This document shows, piece by piece, positions 62,668 through 64,000 of a stretch of 64,000 nt of DNA (position 1 is its first letter; every line of letters starts with the position of its first letter). The notes beneath the pieces were generated by a model. That model searched no databases and had not been told where the DNA came from. It saw nothing but the letters and a program-made list of their open reading frames with translations. The stretch is taken from positions 92,632-156,631 of the forward strand of contig CALRDV010000001.1 in the NCBI GenBank assembly GCA_943355005.1. The letters run 5' to 3'. The stretch comes from Patescibacteria group bacterium. GTDB taxonomy: Bacteria > Patescibacteriota > Microgenomatia > UBA1400 > MFAQ01. The position numbers and the translations under genes were made by a program.

Positions 62668-63345
62668 ATGATATTACAAAACTTCTTTAGCGTAGACACG
62701 ATCTTCTTCACTATTTTGAACTACCCCATGAGTTATCTTGAATTTTTTGGCACCATATTTACCGGATGGTCGGTTTATCTGGCCGCCAAAAACAAAGTCA
62801 TCACTTGGCCTGTAGGCTTGGTAGGCATCATTCTATACGGCTTTCTTTTCTACCAAATACACTTATATTCAGATCTTCTTGAGCAGTTTTACTACTTTAT
62901 TACTACCTTCTGGGGCTGGTCTCTGTGGCTAAAGCCCAAAAATTCCAGTGACACCGATGCTGACAATCTGGAGTTGAAAATTGGAACCTTAAACAAAAGC
63001 CAAATAATACCATGGGGGATCGCTGTCTTGGTTCTCACGTACATCTTAGGCTTACTCATGTCGAATATTCACCTCTTGCTTCCTGCTTATTTCCCCGTTG
63101 CAGCCTCATTTGCTTATCTCGATAGCTTTACCACGATTCTAAGTTTTGTCGCGACTATTTTCTTAGCTCAGAGAAAGTTCGAAAACTGGCATCTTTGGAT
63201 CATCGTCGACGTTATCGGTATCTGGCTTTATTACCAAAAAGGCGTTGCATTCCTCTCTCTCTTGTATCTCGCCTTCTTAATCAACGCCTTCTATGGTCTG
63301 TCTAAGTGGAAAAAAATATTACACCGCTATGTCCAAGAAATATAA
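62668..63345 (+). CDS. pnuC: PnuC-family nicotinamide riboside/NMN transporter.
   Basis: 7-TM protein rich in Trp/Tyr, adjacent to nadR. Confidence 0.65.
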   Translation: MILQNFFSVDTIFFTILNYPMSYLEFFGTIFTGWSVYLAAKNKVITWPVGLVGIILYGFLFYQIHLYSDLLEQFYYFITTFWGWSLWLKPKNSSDTDADNLELKIGTLNKSQIIPWGIAVLVLTYILGLLMSNIHLLLPAYFPVAASFAYLDSFTTILSFVATIFLAQRKFENWHLWIIVDVIGIWLYYQKGVAFLSLLYLAFLINAFYGLSKWKKILHRYVQEI

Positions 63346-64000
63346 TCGAGGTTTGGTCATCGGCAAATTTTATCCCTTTCACAACGGTCATAAGCTTCTG
63401 ATAGAGACTGGGTTAAAACATTCCAATTCTCTCACTGTCATCGTTTGTCAGACAGAGCGTTACAAAATCCCGGCTGAGATCAGAGCCGGCTGGATCAAGT
63501 CCACTTTTCCACATGTAGAAGTTAAAATTCTTAATCATTCCGCGAGTCTAGATTCCGACTCACCGGACATCTCAAAAATCTGGGCAGAACTAACTATAAA
63601 ATTCTTAGGCTATTCTCCTGACATTGTCTTCAGCTCGGAACTATACGGAAAGCCATACGCACTTGGCATGGGAAGTAAGCATTTGTTAGTGGATTTGAAA
63701 AGAATAAATATACCCATTAGCGCCACCAAGATTCGCTCGGATATAGATAAATATTGGAAGTATTTACCCGCTTCTACCAAAGAATATTTCACCCAAAAAA
63801 TCGTAATAGTAGGTGCCGAATCCACTGGTACCACTACTCTCTCTCAGGATCTAGCCAGACATTACAATACTGTTTGGATACCTGAATATGGCCGTCTATA
63901 TTACGAAGGTAAGATGTTTTCCAAAGATTTAGATATATGGACTACGGATGAATTTGTCCACATAGCTCATTCTCAAAATCAGTTAGAAGACGCTTTGATA
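63329..64000 (+). CDS. nadR: NadR-type NMN adenylyltransferase / ribosylnicotinamide kinase, 3'-truncated by the window edge.
   Basis: Not in the ORF track because there is no stop before the window end. 'GKFYPFHNGH' (HxGH); P-loop 'GAESTGTTTL' of the kinase domain. Confidence 0.75.
   Translation, partial: MSKKYNRGLVIGKFYPFHNGHKLLIETGLKHSNSLTVIVCQTERYKIPAEIRAGWIKSTFPHVEVKILNHSASLDSDSPDISKIWAELTIKFLGYSPDIVFSSELYGKPYALGMGSKHLLVDLKRINIPISATKIRSDIDKYWKYLPASTKEYFTQKIVIVGAESTGTTTLSQDLARHYNTVWIPEYGRLYYEGKMFSKDLDIWTTDEFVHIAHSQNQLEDALI

Overview
This 64 kb window looks like a small, low-GC genome of the Candidate Phyla Radiation (Patescibacteria) type; that assignment is an inference from gene content and style. 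The gene content is mostly housekeeping and salvage (recA-recX, rny, hup, miaB-miaA, secDF, cca, relA/spoT homolog, gltX, split transketolase, nadE, nadM, adk, pnuC-nadR) plus many membrane and surface proteins. There is an RNase P RNA and two tRNAs (Pro-GGG and Gln-CUG, neither with an encoded CCA). I found no rRNA, CRISPR array or recognisable transposase/integrase.

Two things stand out.

1. A 1738-aa membrane-anchored protein (1602..6818) whose architecture matches an alpha-2-macroglobulin (the TSWR-type MG motif followed by a helical thioester-like domain). Its thioester motif is degenerate (TGEGGY in place of CGEQ). A ~129-aa Hint / bacterial-intein-like domain (C..TQI..DG ... VHN) sits exactly where the protease bait region would be. 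It lies in a cluster of surface genes: a (TP)n-linker protein upstream and, downstream, a MEMO-like/CapA-like fusion and a beta-helix-repeat membrane protein.

2. A large family of short palindromic repeats (GTCATTCC-hairpin-GGAATCCA and GTCATTGCGAG...GTGGCAATCCAGG types). They occur as intergenic clusters, and as insertions that preserve the reading frame inside or at the ends of essential genes: twice inside miaA, once each in cca, nadE and gltX, at the N-terminus of the MEMO/CapA gene, and at the C-termini of secD and a GIY-YIG gene, where the repeat supplies the stop codon. Depending on orientation they add peptides such as VIPGLTRNP or WIPGQARND. This resembles the Rickettsia palindromic elements.

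Smaller observations: a cassette-like trio of ~45-bp direct repeats around three small genes (28.7-29.6 kb), a partial tRNA-Gln 3'-end duplicate flanking a one-gene islet, an unlisted 46-aa zinc-ribbon ORF with a strong RBS, a protein made of three tandem zinc ribbons, and a compositionally atypical two-gene segment (30.8-32.3 kb).
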